DNA of 64,000 bases from an uncultured bacterium. GTDB lineage: Bacteria > Fidelibacterota > Marinisomatia > Marinisomatales > TCS56. A model generated the notes under the pieces. That model saw only the letters and a program-made list of their open reading frames with translations, searched no databases and had not been told where the DNA came from. The position numbers were made by a program, and so were the translations under genes. The stretch is from positions 2,484 through 66,483 of the forward strand of contig CAZIJQ010000006.1 of assembly GCA_964539785.1 (NCBI GenBank). Direction: 5' to 3'. Of this stretch, positions 1 to 9,092 are shown piece by piece; position 1 is the first letter of the stretch, and every line of letters starts with the position of its first letter.

Positions 1-140
1 GTGTAAATATCAGTAAGTCACTTGGAATAGTTGGGAGCTCACGTTGTTTATTGATCTATTTATGACTCTCTATTCTCAATTCAATTCCTATCTGCCTGAA
101 CAACAACCTTTCATTAATCAACCAAACCAATCCTAATCCC

Positions 141-423
141 ATTGGAGGAATTGAGTTGTTGGGGAATTATCCCAACCCTTTCAACCCAAACACGGTTATC
201 AGATATATCATTCCTCATATCTACTATTGTAAACCTTGATGTTTATGCCATGAATGGCCGCCACATAGCTACACTGGTTCATGAAGTACAAAACTCCGGT
301 TTGAAAAATGTTACCTGGAGTGGTATAAATAATCAGGGAATTAGTGTTAGCGGTGGTGTATATTTCTACCGTCTATGGGTGGATGATTTTACCCGAACAG
401 GGAAAATGCTATTTCTAAAATAA
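141..423 (+). pseudogene. Frameshifted FlgD-Ig / T9SS type-A-like C-terminal domain remnant
   Basis: Frame from 141 reads IGGIELLGNYPNPFNPNTVIRY (typical domain start) then stops. The rest of the domain (VNLDVYAMNGRHIATLV...WSG...SGGVYFYRL...KMLFLK) is in the 142 frame. Confidence 0.7.
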
Positions 424-424
424 T

Positions 425-504
425 CACAGGGGTGAACGGACCTTTATTCACGATAAATACTGTAGCAGGTGAACTTCAATGATTACAGTTAGTTCGCCCC
501 TGTG
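425..504. repeat. Inverted-repeat-bounded 80-bp element (REP/REPIN-like)
   Basis: CACAGGGGTGAAC (425-437) pairs with GTTCGCCCCTGTG (492-504) with one G-U pair. Confidence 0.5.
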
Positions 505-615
505 TCAGATTTGCACTATATCTTTTAACTACCCAAACAGAAAATTGTGTCGCCTATTCTTGATAGCTTATACCGTGGGGAACACTCTTCGAAAACCAGA
601 TAGCGATCTATTTCA

Positions 616-1368
616 ATGACTTCAATCAGACTCAACCGAGATTTTCTTAAAAATATTACCAGACAACACACAGACTTCAGTGAAACTGATCAAAGCAAGG
701 GAATTGACCCACCGCCCATTCAAAAGCCCTATTCAGATGAGCAGAAACTGATCCGACTTCCCAATAGAAATGAATGGACAACAATAGCTGAAACAACGAT
801 TGAAATGGCGATAGCCAACAGGAAAAGTCACCGTAAATACAAGACTGATTCGATCACTCTTGAAGAACTTTCCTATTTGTTGTGGGCCACCCAGGGAATC
901 CGATATATTGGAGCTCCCGAGCGGGCCTATCGCAACGTGCCATCGGCCGGTTGTCGTCATGCTTTTGAAACCTATTTATGCGTTTTGAATGTAGAATCAT
1001 TGCGGCAGGGGATTTATCGCTATCTGCCTATTGAGCATAGCTTGATACTGGAACATTCCGTCGCTAAGCTTTCTGAGAAAATTGTTAGCGCAACCATGAA
1101 ACAGAGTTTCACCGGTAAAGCGGCAGTTAATTTTATTTGGAGTGTAATTCCCTATCGGACCGAGTGGCGCTATGGTACAGCCAGTCATCGAGTGATAGCA
1201 ATTGATGCGGGTCACGTCTGTCAGAATTTATACCTGGCCTGTACTGCCATAGATGCCGGTACCTGTGCAATTGCTGCCTTTAACCAACAGCAAATGGATG
1301 AATTACTGGGCTTGGATGGGAATGATGAATTCACGATTTATCTGGCACCGGTTGGTAAAATTCGATAA
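616..1368 (+). CDS. SagB/ThcOx-family nitroreductase-like dehydrogenase
   Basis: AIANRKSHRKY, LSYLLWATQG, RNVPSAGCRH and DAGHVCQNLYL motifs. Confidence 0.9.
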   Translation: MTSIRLNRDFLKNITRQHTDFSETDQSKGIDPPPIQKPYSDEQKLIRLPNRNEWTTIAETTIEMAIANRKSHRKYKTDSITLEELSYLLWATQGIRYIGAPERAYRNVPSAGCRHAFETYLCVLNVESLRQGIYRYLPIEHSLILEHSVAKLSEKIVSATMKQSFTGKAAVNFIWSVIPYRTEWRYGTASHRVIAIDAGHVCQNLYLACTAIDAGTCAIAAFNQQQMDELLGLDGNDEFTIYLAPVGKIR

Positions 1369-1392
1369 TTAAGCAATTAATAATATAATTGC

Positions 1393-1421
1393 TTGCCCGC
1401 AACGTAATATATTTGTAAACT
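1393..1421 (+). promoter_or_regulatory. Putative sigma-70 promoter of HU/IHF gene
   Basis: TTGCCC-N17-TAAACT, 31 bp before ATG 1453; AGGAG RBS at 1443. Confidence 0.5.
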
Positions 1422-1452
1422 ATTGTTAAATGTTACTTTCATAGGAGTTATT

Positions 1453-1761
1453 ATGGCTACAAAAACCTATACCAAAAGAGATATTAGTAATCGGATTGCC
1501 AAGCAGATTAATGCCAAGCACAATCAAACTTATGAATTTTTGAATGCTACTTTTGATGTTATGCGTGAAATGCTTTGCGAAGAGAATGCTATAACCCGGA
1601 TAGAAATCAGAAATTTTGGTGTGTTCACTGTTAAGCCGACTAAAGCTAAACCACGCGCCAGAAATCCACGCACCAATGAGGAAGTTTATGTTCCGGCGCA
1701 TAAAAAGACCCATTTCAAACCGGGAAAGATCATTAAACAAGTATTAAGTAAGCCTCTTTAA
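1453..1761 (+). CDS. HU/IHF-family DNA-binding protein
   Basis: IEIRNFGVF and ARNPRTNEEVYVPA...FKPGK signature; start moved to ATG 1453 after AGGAG. Confidence 0.92.
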   Translation: MATKTYTKRDISNRIAKQINAKHNQTYEFLNATFDVMREMLCEENAITRIEIRNFGVFTVKPTKAKPRARNPRTNEEVYVPAHKKTHFKPGKIIKQVLSKPL

Positions 1762-1792
1762 CAAATAGGTATTTAAACATATAATTTAATTG

Positions 1793-1829
1793 CGGGGTAG
1801 GGTGGGTGAATCCACCCTATCCTCGTTTT
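1793..1829 (+). terminator. Rho-independent terminator
   Basis: GGGTAGGGTGG/CCACCCTATCC hairpin followed by TTTT. Confidence 0.65.
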
Positions 1830-1976
1830 ACAATCTGATCAAACTGGTGTTCACAGAAAATTTGCCCTGAATACCAGCATAAAATATTTTTTATATGATC
1901 TCATTTTAAATCCCAGGGAATAGGCGGCTGCCAGTATGAAATGAAAATTCCAATTGCAGTCACTTTACAAGATTAT

Positions 1977-3239
1977 TCAATCATTGATAATAGTCGGTTT
2001 AAACAACTCCCACCATTCTTTAAGTTGCGCGGCATGATAACCAAAAACCAGGATTATATGATTGCCAAGGGGTTTTACCAATAATTCGCTGATGGGATAT
2101 TGGTTATTTAATTTTATTTCTACCTGCGTACGACAAAGATTTTCAGAATTTCCATTATTGATGATATTACCCTCCGCCAGCCATAACAGTTCCATTTGGC
2201 GACCGCCAATCCGCAATAATGTGACCGGGCCAGTTGGTAAAGCTCCTGCAATGCCAACACCCAATCCTGATTCAAAATGAGATCGCAATTGATATTGTCT
2301 TACTAATCCCCGTGCGATAGTGCAATGAGCAAGGATCACGCTATTTTGTGTTTTATCAATTGTTGCCGGATTCGCCATCCAGGGAATTTTATCAAGCAGT
2401 TTATTCACCAATAGCATTCCTATTGTACTGACCAGGTCGCCTTCGCAAGCGGCTATGATTCCATCATCATTCAGTTGAGAGAGGGCGAAACAACCAGTTG
2501 TCCGATTGTTGATAACCAGATCAAAACAGCGCACAGTCAGGGCAGTGAGCTGTTCTTTTTGAACCAAAGCTCGTAATGCAAGATATACGCGTACGGCATC
2601 ATCAATATCTCCGGTAACTGGTTCTCGCACCCCGGTTGATTTACCAGTAAACTCTTCAGCAATGTTGGCAACTTCATTATTATGTGTCCCTTGCATCCTG
2701 GTTTCGATTTCGGTCATTGAAAGAGGAATTATATGAATTCCCCATGACTGATTTACTTCCTCAATATTTGGTTGGCTGGCAACTAACCAGTCCGAAGGTG
2801 CGCCAATCAGGCCAATGCGTGCTGCATGGAAATACTGTTGTACTCTTGCATAATTTAAAACCGTTATCAAATCTGTCAATCCCGATCGATCATCTGGTCC
2901 CTGTAGATGAACTATCCGGCCGCTTTTTCCATCTTGCTGACAGCGTGCCAGCAATTCAATAGCTGCTGGCAGGGAATTATTTTCTGAATGAGTAATCAAC
3001 AGGAGGGGTTCATTGAAACCAGCATCAGATCGTTTGTTATAATAATCCAGGATTGTATTCTCGGTGCCTCCGGTTATCACAAAATATATTGCAGTTCCAC
3101 AAGAATTTAGATCATTAATATTGGTAGGCCCGACTCCTGCAGCAGCAAGTGTAACTGAATATTTTTCAACGATCCGATCAAATTCAGTAAATGGAAGAAA
3201 ACTAGAAGCGACTGGCAAATAAGCAATAGTATCTGGCAT
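1977..3239 (-). CDS. L-fucose/L-arabinose isomerase-related protein
   Basis: TGGTE, NSLPAAIE, TVRCF, ACEGD, LAHCT, LRSHFESGLG, CRTQV and PLGNH motifs of FucI-related proteins. Confidence 0.8.
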   Translation of the reverse strand: MPDTIAYLPVASSFLPFTEFDRIVEKYSVTLAAAGVGPTNINDLNSCGTAIYFVITGGTENTILDYYNKRSDAGFNEPLLLITHSENNSLPAAIELLARCQQDGKSGRIVHLQGPDDRSGLTDLITVLNYARVQQYFHAARIGLIGAPSDWLVASQPNIEEVNQSWGIHIIPLSMTEIETRMQGTHNNEVANIAEEFTGKSTGVREPVTGDIDDAVRVYLALRALVQKEQLTALTVRCFDLVINNRTTGCFALSQLNDDGIIAACEGDLVSTIGMLLVNKLLDKIPWMANPATIDKTQNSVILAHCTIARGLVRQYQLRSHFESGLGVGIAGALPTGPVTLLRIGGRQMELLWLAEGNIINNGNSENLCRTQVEIKLNNQYPISELLVKPLGNHIILVFGYHAAQLKEWWELFKPTIIND

Positions 3240-3332
3240 AGAATTCTCGTACGTTATTGGTCAAAATACAAATGAATCATTTTTGAACTGCCTGAGTTTA
3301 GCAAGCTTTTTGTAATTTAGGCCGTTGATTTT

Positions 3333-5051
3333 ATGAACACTTCCAAAACAATACGAATAACTCCCTGGTTTCGTCAGGTAAAATTCTGGCACTTGCTTTT
3401 ATACGGTAGTTTATTGATAGGTATCATTGTCACCGGATTTATGGAATACCGTTCTCGCTACCGGGATACTCTAAGTTTGTTTCAGGATTATTCCCATGCA
3501 ACCGTCACTGCAATTGCATTTAGTGGCTCCAATCAGGCGCGCCTGAGCGAAAAGCTGGAACAGTCCTACCTGAATCGGGCTTTAGGACTTCTTAAAACCG
3601 TAGACCAATTGGAAGCAGAGGATTTGCTGACACCTCAGCGCCTGGCTGCTTTACAGCGGGAACATGATATATTCCAGGTTATTAGGTTTGATTCTGATGG
3701 GTTGCCACTGGATCGCTTCTGGTCTGACCATAGAAGGGGACCACCAATCGGCATCCAACGACAGGTTGAGCCTTTGCTATCCGGACAAGTGGACACTCTA
3801 ATTGCCGGTATGCCCGGCGGTGGACCGCCTTGGTTAGGTCCTCCAGGTGGTAATGCTAATTTTATCGTTGGCATCCAGCGATCACTGGGGGGAGCCATTA
3901 TCTGTCAATTGACCATTGACGCGGAGTCAGTTTTACGCACCCATCTGGACCTGGAAAATCTACTGCTTGAAATGCTGGATATCGAGGGTGTCAACTATAT
4001 TCATCTTGAATTACCAGGTTATGAATCGTTGATAGTTTCAACTAGTATTCCTCATAAAATGCTTTTAGCCGGGCAGCGCCAATTATTGCAGGAAAACCTA
4101 TACCTGGTTAATGCCGGCGACCAGGTATTTGTAGAGGTCAACGATTATGTGGTTAAGGGCGGGGAAATCGGAACGATTCAAGTCGGTTTTTCTACCGTTC
4201 TCATCGATGAATTAAAAGCCAGTGTAATAAGTCAGATATTAATTCGCAGCGGATTATTCACTGTTATAGTGGTTATTGCTTTCTTTTTTATAATCTCACG
4301 CCAGAATACAATTCTGTTGCGTACGGAAAAAAACCGGATTGAACGAGACGTAGTACGATTGGAACAAATCAATAGAATACAGGAGAAACAGGCTGCTATT
4401 GGAACCTTGGCGGCTGGGTTAGCCCATGAAATTCGCAATCCACTCAACGCAATTGGTATAATCGCCCAGCGTTTGAAACGTGAATTTAAATCGACAGATC
4501 AAAGTACCAAGGTTGAAGATATGTCCGCCACTATGGTTTCTGAAATCAATCGCTTAAACCGAATTCTTGAGGATTTCCTGAATTATTCCCGCCCGACACC
4601 ACTAAAATTTATAACTTTTAATTTAAATGATATCCTGAATGATTTGGCCCTGTTATTTAAAGATCAGGCTCGGGCAAATGAAATTGATTTTACAATTCAG
4701 AATGATGCTATTATCAAATTGGAAGGCGATCCGGAATATCTGAAACAGGCACTCCATAATATCATTCGTAATGGATTGGAGGCGACTGACCCCGGTGGTA
4801 AGGTAAGCTTTTCTGTCGCTGACACAAAGCCCGAAATAATTATCCGAATAAAGGATACCGGTATTGGTATTGAATCCCAAAAACTGAATCGCATCTTTGA
4901 TATTTTCTATACTACTAAAGAAAATGGCAATGGAATTGGACTGGCGGTGACCCATAAGATCATTTCCGATCACAATGGGACAATCGAAGTATTAAGTGAA
5001 CCGGGCCAGGGAACTGAATTTGTAATTACCTTACCAAAAAAGCGCTTATGA
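3333..5051 (+). CDS. Membrane sensor histidine kinase (ZraS/NtrB-like)
   Basis: Two TM segments around a periplasmic domain, H-box AHEIRNPL, N box HNIIRN, G boxes DTGIG and GIGL. Confidence 0.95.
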   Translation: MNTSKTIRITPWFRQVKFWHLLLYGSLLIGIIVTGFMEYRSRYRDTLSLFQDYSHATVTAIAFSGSNQARLSEKLEQSYLNRALGLLKTVDQLEAEDLLTPQRLAALQREHDIFQVIRFDSDGLPLDRFWSDHRRGPPIGIQRQVEPLLSGQVDTLIAGMPGGGPPWLGPPGGNANFIVGIQRSLGGAIICQLTIDAESVLRTHLDLENLLLEMLDIEGVNYIHLELPGYESLIVSTSIPHKMLLAGQRQLLQENLYLVNAGDQVFVEVNDYVVKGGEIGTIQVGFSTVLIDELKASVISQILIRSGLFTVIVVIAFFFIISRQNTILLRTEKNRIERDVVRLEQINRIQEKQAAIGTLAAGLAHEIRNPLNAIGIIAQRLKREFKSTDQSTKVEDMSATMVSEINRLNRILEDFLNYSRPTPLKFITFNLNDILNDLALLFKDQARANEIDFTIQNDAIIKLEGDPEYLKQALHNIIRNGLEATDPGGKVSFSVADTKPEIIIRIKDTGIGIESQKLNRIFDIFYTTKENGNGIGLAVTHKIISDHNGTIEVLSEPGQGTEFVITLPKKRL

Positions 5052-6373
5052 GAATATTAATTGTTGATGATGAACGCGCCCAGCGTGAAGCCCTGGCGGG
5101 ATTTCTTCAATCCTTAAATTATGATATTGCTACTGCTGATTCGGCTCAAACCGCCCTGGCCTATTTGTACCGTAATCAGGTTGATGTGGTTTTATCCGAT
5201 TATAAAATGCCCTACATGACCGGTAACGATTTGTTAAAGGAAATTCGTCAGCGTTATCCCGGAATGGTTGCGTTGATTATTACTGCGTTCGGTACTGTGG
5301 AAACGGCAGTGGAAGCCATGAAAGCCGGTGCCTGGGATTTTATAACCAAGCCGGTAGACCTTGATAATCTTGAGGCTCAATTGCTGGATATCCAAAAATA
5401 TCTTCAGGGGCAAAAACCTGATCAGGCTCCGACAAAAACTACTGAAGAAGGCTTTATTGCCGCCGATACTGCTATGCTGACCATCCTGGCGAAAGCTAAA
5501 CGAGTCGCTGCCACTAACGCCACGGTATTGCTCACCGGTGAAACCGGAACGGGGAAAGAGGAATTGGCTCGTTATATTCATGAAAAATCAGCCCACCGGA
5601 AAAAGCAACTACAGGCAGTTAATTGTGCAGCTTTGCCAGCCAATCTGGTTGAGAGTGAATTGTTCGGTCATGTGAAGGGCGCCTTTACCGGCGCTGCCAG
5701 TGAGCGGACCGGCTATTTTGAAAATGCTGACGGTAGCACCTTATTTTTGGACGAAATTGGCGACCTGTCGCAAGATATCCAGGTCAAAATATTGCGGTTT
5801 TTACAAAATGGGGAGTATCAGAAAGTTGGCAGCAGTACCACTGAGCAGGCGGTTGTTCGCATAATTGCCGCCACCAACGTTGATCTGCAATTGGCAGTTG
5901 AACAAGGTGATTTCAGGGAAGATTTGTATTATCGATTGGATGTTATCCGTTTTCATATACCACCTTTGCGAGAACGTCCCACCGATATCAAATTGTTGGC
6001 TGAGAATTTTCTAGAAGAGTTTTCCCATCGCCATAATCGGAGTGATCTAACTTTTACTCCGGCGGCGTGGGACAAATTATTGATCTACCCTTTTCCAGGT
6101 AATGTTAGAGAACTGCAAAATATAATCGAGCGGGCAGTGGTATTAAGTGTTGATTCCCACATTACTTTAGCCGAGCTTGAATTGCCTGAGCGAAAGCCGC
6201 TTCCCGGTCAGAGTGCGAGTGCAAATTTAGCTGATGCAGTGCAGCAGGTCGAGCGGGATTTGATTGCCCGAACCCTGGAGGATGCAAGCGGTAATCAGAG
6301 CGAATGCGCCCGTCGCCTGGGGATCAGTGAGCGCGTTTTACGTTATAAATTACAGAAATATCATTTGCGCTGA
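5048..6373 (+). CDS. Sigma-54-dependent response regulator (NtrC/ZraR-like)
   Basis: Receiver domain (DD, D..MP), Walker A GETGTGKE, GAFTGA loop, FPGNVRELQN, Fis-type HTH; ATGA overlap with the kinase. Confidence 0.95.
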   Translation: MRILIVDDERAQREALAGFLQSLNYDIATADSAQTALAYLYRNQVDVVLSDYKMPYMTGNDLLKEIRQRYPGMVALIITAFGTVETAVEAMKAGAWDFITKPVDLDNLEAQLLDIQKYLQGQKPDQAPTKTTEEGFIAADTAMLTILAKAKRVAATNATVLLTGETGTGKEELARYIHEKSAHRKKQLQAVNCAALPANLVESELFGHVKGAFTGAASERTGYFENADGSTLFLDEIGDLSQDIQVKILRFLQNGEYQKVGSSTTEQAVVRIIAATNVDLQLAVEQGDFREDLYYRLDVIRFHIPPLRERPTDIKLLAENFLEEFSHRHNRSDLTFTPAAWDKLLIYPFPGNVRELQNIIERAVVLSVDSHITLAELELPERKPLPGQSASANLADAVQQVERDLIARTLEDASGNQSECARRLGISERVLRYKLQKYHLR

Positions 6374-6375
6374 TT

Positions 6376-6412
6376 ACGACAATTGTCGTTGATTTTCGAC
6401 ATTATTGTCGAA
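6376..6412. promoter_or_regulatory. Tandem palindromes, putative enhancer (UAS) for the sigma-54 activator
   Basis: ACGACAATTGTCGT (6376-6389, perfect) and TTCGACA-TTAT-TGTCGAA (6395-6412), 100-135 bp upstream of a -24/-12 element. Confidence 0.65.
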
Positions 6413-6511
6413 TTTTGTTAATTTAGATTGATATTCAGATAGTCTAATATAATTCCATAATTTACGTATTTACAGTCGTATATATATTTTTACAGGCTGT
6501 ATTTTATACTC

Positions 6512-6526
6512 TGGCATGCTATTCGT
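6512..6526 (+). promoter_or_regulatory. Sigma-54 (-24/-12) promoter
   Basis: TGGCATGCTATTCGT versus consensus TGGCACG-N4-TTGC; spacing correct, -12 is GT instead of GC. Confidence 0.6.
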
Positions 6527-6574
6527 TTTATCTCTGGCAATGATTAATGTAAATCAAAACAAAGGAGCAAGAAA

Positions 6575-7054
6575 ATGAAACGAATGAATCTGAATATAAT
6601 TATGGTACTTGCGGTTTTTGCTATGCTGATGAACTTTGGTTATGCCCAGGGTTTTGGTGGTGGAAATGGTATTGGAGGTCCGGGATTCTATATTGATGAA
6701 AATGGCGACGGTTTTAATGATAACGCCCCCGATGTTGATGGCGATGGCATCCCCAATGGAATGGATGATGATTTTGTCCGGCCCATGGATGGCAGTGGCA
6801 ACGGTTTTGGTAATGGTGATGGCGATTGTGACGGAACCGGAGATTGTGATGGATCCGGTGGTGGCAATGGTGGTGGACAAGGCGGCGGAAATGGTGGAAA
6901 TGGTGGAAATGGCGGAAATGGCGGCTATGGTCCTGGTGATGGAACTGGTGGCGGACGCCCCGGTGACGGAACTGGATTTGGTCCCGGCGACTGCACTGCA
7001 CCAGAAGAAGTAAGATCTACCCCATCCAAAATCAAAGTGAGAAATATTGATTAA
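6575..7054 (+). CDS. Secreted Gly/Asp/Asn-rich protein with DxDxDG motifs
   Basis: AAGGAG RBS, signal peptide ending GYA-Q, DENGDGFND and DVDGDGIPN loops, GGN repeats. Confidence 0.8.
   Translation: MKRMNLNIIMVLAVFAMLMNFGYAQGFGGGNGIGGPGFYIDENGDGFNDNAPDVDGDGIPNGMDDDFVRPMDGSGNGFGNGDGDCDGTGDCDGSGGGNGGGQGGGNGGNGGNGGNGGYGPGDGTGGGRPGDGTGFGPGDCTAPEEVRSTPSKIKVRNID
6884..6925 (+). repeat. 9-bp coding tandem repeat GG(C/T)GGAAAT encoding (GGN)x4
   Basis: ggcggaaat ggtggaaat ggtggaaat ggcggaaat ggcggc seen directly. Confidence 0.85.
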
Positions 7055-7067
7055 TAGTATACTTGAC

Positions 7068-7087
7068 GGGGGCGGGTATCCGCCCCC
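7068..7087 (+). other. Intercistronic GC-rich hairpin without a sense-strand U-tract
   Basis: GGGGGCGG-GTAT-CCGCCCCC followed by A-rich sequence. Confidence 0.6.
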
Positions 7088-7101
7088 ACAAAAAAACAAC
7101 A

Positions 7102-8286
7102 ATGAAAAAATTAAAAATAATGACTAGATTTCTCAGATTTACCCACCACCTTATCCCAGCGGTATTTGTTATTATTACAAGTACCAGTGGACAGGAAATA
7201 TCGGTGGATATGAACAGTTATGTTGGCCAGATTGATCATATTTTTGATTCCTACCTTGGAGTTGACCAATCTTACTTGAGTGGTTCATTTTCATTAGCTT
7301 ATCAACCATCTCTGAATACCCGTTTATATGGCAGTATTCAGCGTACGGAAGTGCTGACCAATCAAGATTATTCTACTGGCTCTATGGAAGCAGGATTTCA
7401 ATATCGTTATCTGGAACTGAAGAACCAGCAATTGTTTGCTGGTTTGGTTTTCAGTAACGCTGTTTATACGCCAACTTATGATTATTATGAGTTTTCAGAA
7501 ATCAGTGCCTATGCCGACTGGAAATATTTTTACCTTCCTCAGGGATCATTGAAGATGGGTTACAATTTACAAAGTCGGACCTACAATGAAATGCCCCAGG
7601 GATCAAATACAGAACACAGTCTCTATGTTTCAACCAATTATTCATTTAATACCGGTACCAGTTTCAAATTACACGGTTGGTACGCGATTCAAGATTTTCA
7701 AGCTCCTCCGGCAACTTACACACAAGGACGTCATGGAGTTATTATCCCAACCTATGAAGAGTTAAATACAAATTCATTAACTGGTCTGAATCTGCGTGTC
7801 AGCCAGTCAGTAAATAAATATATGGGATTGGTTTTTTCCGGCAGCAGTCAGTATCGCATCAATCGCACACCCTCTGACTTTATTATTCTGGACCAATCCA
7901 CCAGCCCGTTTATTGACCGGTTTCGCTGGGATAGCAATTCCGGTTCGGGAAAGATAAATCTTCGCCTTCCAGGTAGTATTACTATCAGTGGCGGGGCCTA
8001 TTTTGAACAGCGCAATTATGTGGATGTGCCAATTTTTGAATTCGATTTTGAATTGGGTGATTATGTTCAGGTTGATGACGAATATATTATAGTCGATTAT
8101 AATCGTAGTGACAATTACAGCTATTATAATCTTCAGCTATATCGGGATTGGAAAATGCCATTTTTTCATGGATTTCCACTAATTGGAACCAGTCTGACGT
8201 TGGGTTATAAGCAGAATGAATCTAATGATCCACTCTATGATTATGCTGGTAATACAATTTCATTTGGAATACATATAACAAACTAA
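7102..8286 (+). CDS. Putative outer-membrane beta-barrel protein
   Basis: Signal-like N-terminus, many alternating aromatic beta-strands, C-terminal YDYAGNTISFGIHITN strand; start uncertain (7102 or 7120). Confidence 0.65.
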   Translation: MKKLKIMTRFLRFTHHLIPAVFVIITSTSGQEISVDMNSYVGQIDHIFDSYLGVDQSYLSGSFSLAYQPSLNTRLYGSIQRTEVLTNQDYSTGSMEAGFQYRYLELKNQQLFAGLVFSNAVYTPTYDYYEFSEISAYADWKYFYLPQGSLKMGYNLQSRTYNEMPQGSNTEHSLYVSTNYSFNTGTSFKLHGWYAIQDFQAPPATYTQGRHGVIIPTYEELNTNSLTGLNLRVSQSVNKYMGLVFSGSSQYRINRTPSDFIILDQSTSPFIDRFRWDSNSGSGKINLRLPGSITISGGAYFEQRNYVDVPIFEFDFELGDYVQVDDEYIIVDYNRSDNYSYYNLQLYRDWKMPFFHGFPLIGTSLTLGYKQNESNDPLYDYAGNTISFGIHITN

Positions 8287-8301
8287 GAAAAGGAGTAAAC
8301 C

Positions 8302-8784
8302 ATGAAAAAATACATAGCACTGAGCATGTTGATTCTAGTCACTGGATTATTTGGCCAGGGACGCAGCGGGTTTGGCCGCGAGCTGGGTTGGAATGATGAT
8401 TTGAATCTGACTAGTGAGCAAATCAAACAGATTGATTCATACCGGACCGATTTCCGTAAAACACAGATCGATCTGCGAGCCGATATCCAGAAAATGCGGT
8501 TAGATTTGCAGGATTTGCTACGGATGGATGAACCGAATCAGAAAGCTATCAACAATCAACTGGAAAAAATCCAGGCCAAAGAGCTGGCCATGGAAAAATC
8601 GCGTGTGGAGCATCATTTACAGGTGCGCGAGTTATTGACTGACGATCAGAAAGCTCTCTTTGATCAACATTCCTTAAATCGTGGAATGGGTCACCATGGT
8701 AAAGGTCGGATGGACGGTCGCGGTGACGGGGATGGCCCCGGCGGCAAAAGACATGGCCGTGGCCAAGGTAATGGTGGCTGGTAA
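8302..8784 (+). CDS. Spy/CpxP/ZraP-family periplasmic protein
   Basis: Signal peptide, LNLTSEQ and LLTDDQK (LTxxQ) motifs, helical core, Gly/His/Arg-rich tail. Confidence 0.88.
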   Translation: MKKYIALSMLILVTGLFGQGRSGFGRELGWNDDLNLTSEQIKQIDSYRTDFRKTQIDLRADIQKMRLDLQDLLRMDEPNQKAINNQLEKIQAKELAMEKSRVEHHLQVRELLTDDQKALFDQHSLNRGMGHHGKGRMDGRGDGDGPGGKRHGRGQGNGGW

Positions 8785-8805
8785 AGTTACTTGAGGTTGT
8801 ACATT

Positions 8806-8832
8806 GGGGCGGGTTTCCGCCCCTTTTTTTTT
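8806..8832 (+). terminator. Rho-independent terminator
   Basis: GGGGCGG-GTTT-CCGCCCC followed by T9. Confidence 0.9.
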
Positions 8833-8839
8833 ATCCGCT

Positions 8840-9027
8840 TTCGTCCCGATTATTCGGGACTTCGGAGCGATGGTACCATAGGGCAGTGGCGGATAACCGC
8901 GGCGTAGCTTTTTGAGCGAAGCCGGGTAAATAGATGGGACCGCAGTATTACCCAAGGGGATCCATTCCTTGTATTCCAGAATTTGAAAAGGCATAATTTT
9001 GCGTAGGGACAACACCAGTTGTCCCTA
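8840..9027. repeat. Cluster of REP-like palindromes
   Basis: GTCCCGATTATTCGGGAC, GCGTAGCTTTTTGAGCGAAGCCGGG and GTAGGGACAAC-ACCA-GTTGTCCCTA (9003-9027) between convergent genes. Confidence 0.55.
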
Positions 9028-9092
9028 AAATTGATACTGTAACCAACAGTCTTTGAACCACTCTTGAGAGTTGGCTCTACATCACCGATACT

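Noticed and set aside
616-1368. SagB-like gene as part of a thiazole/oxazole RiPP cluster
   Set aside because: No YcaO, precursor peptide or transporter nearby; stand-alone members are common.
6636-7102. Alternate-frame ORFs over the Gly-rich gene (Met/Val-rich, His-rich, Thr/Ile-rich)
   Set aside because: These are shadows of the GGN/GAY repeat codons; only 6575-7054 has an RBS and signal peptide.
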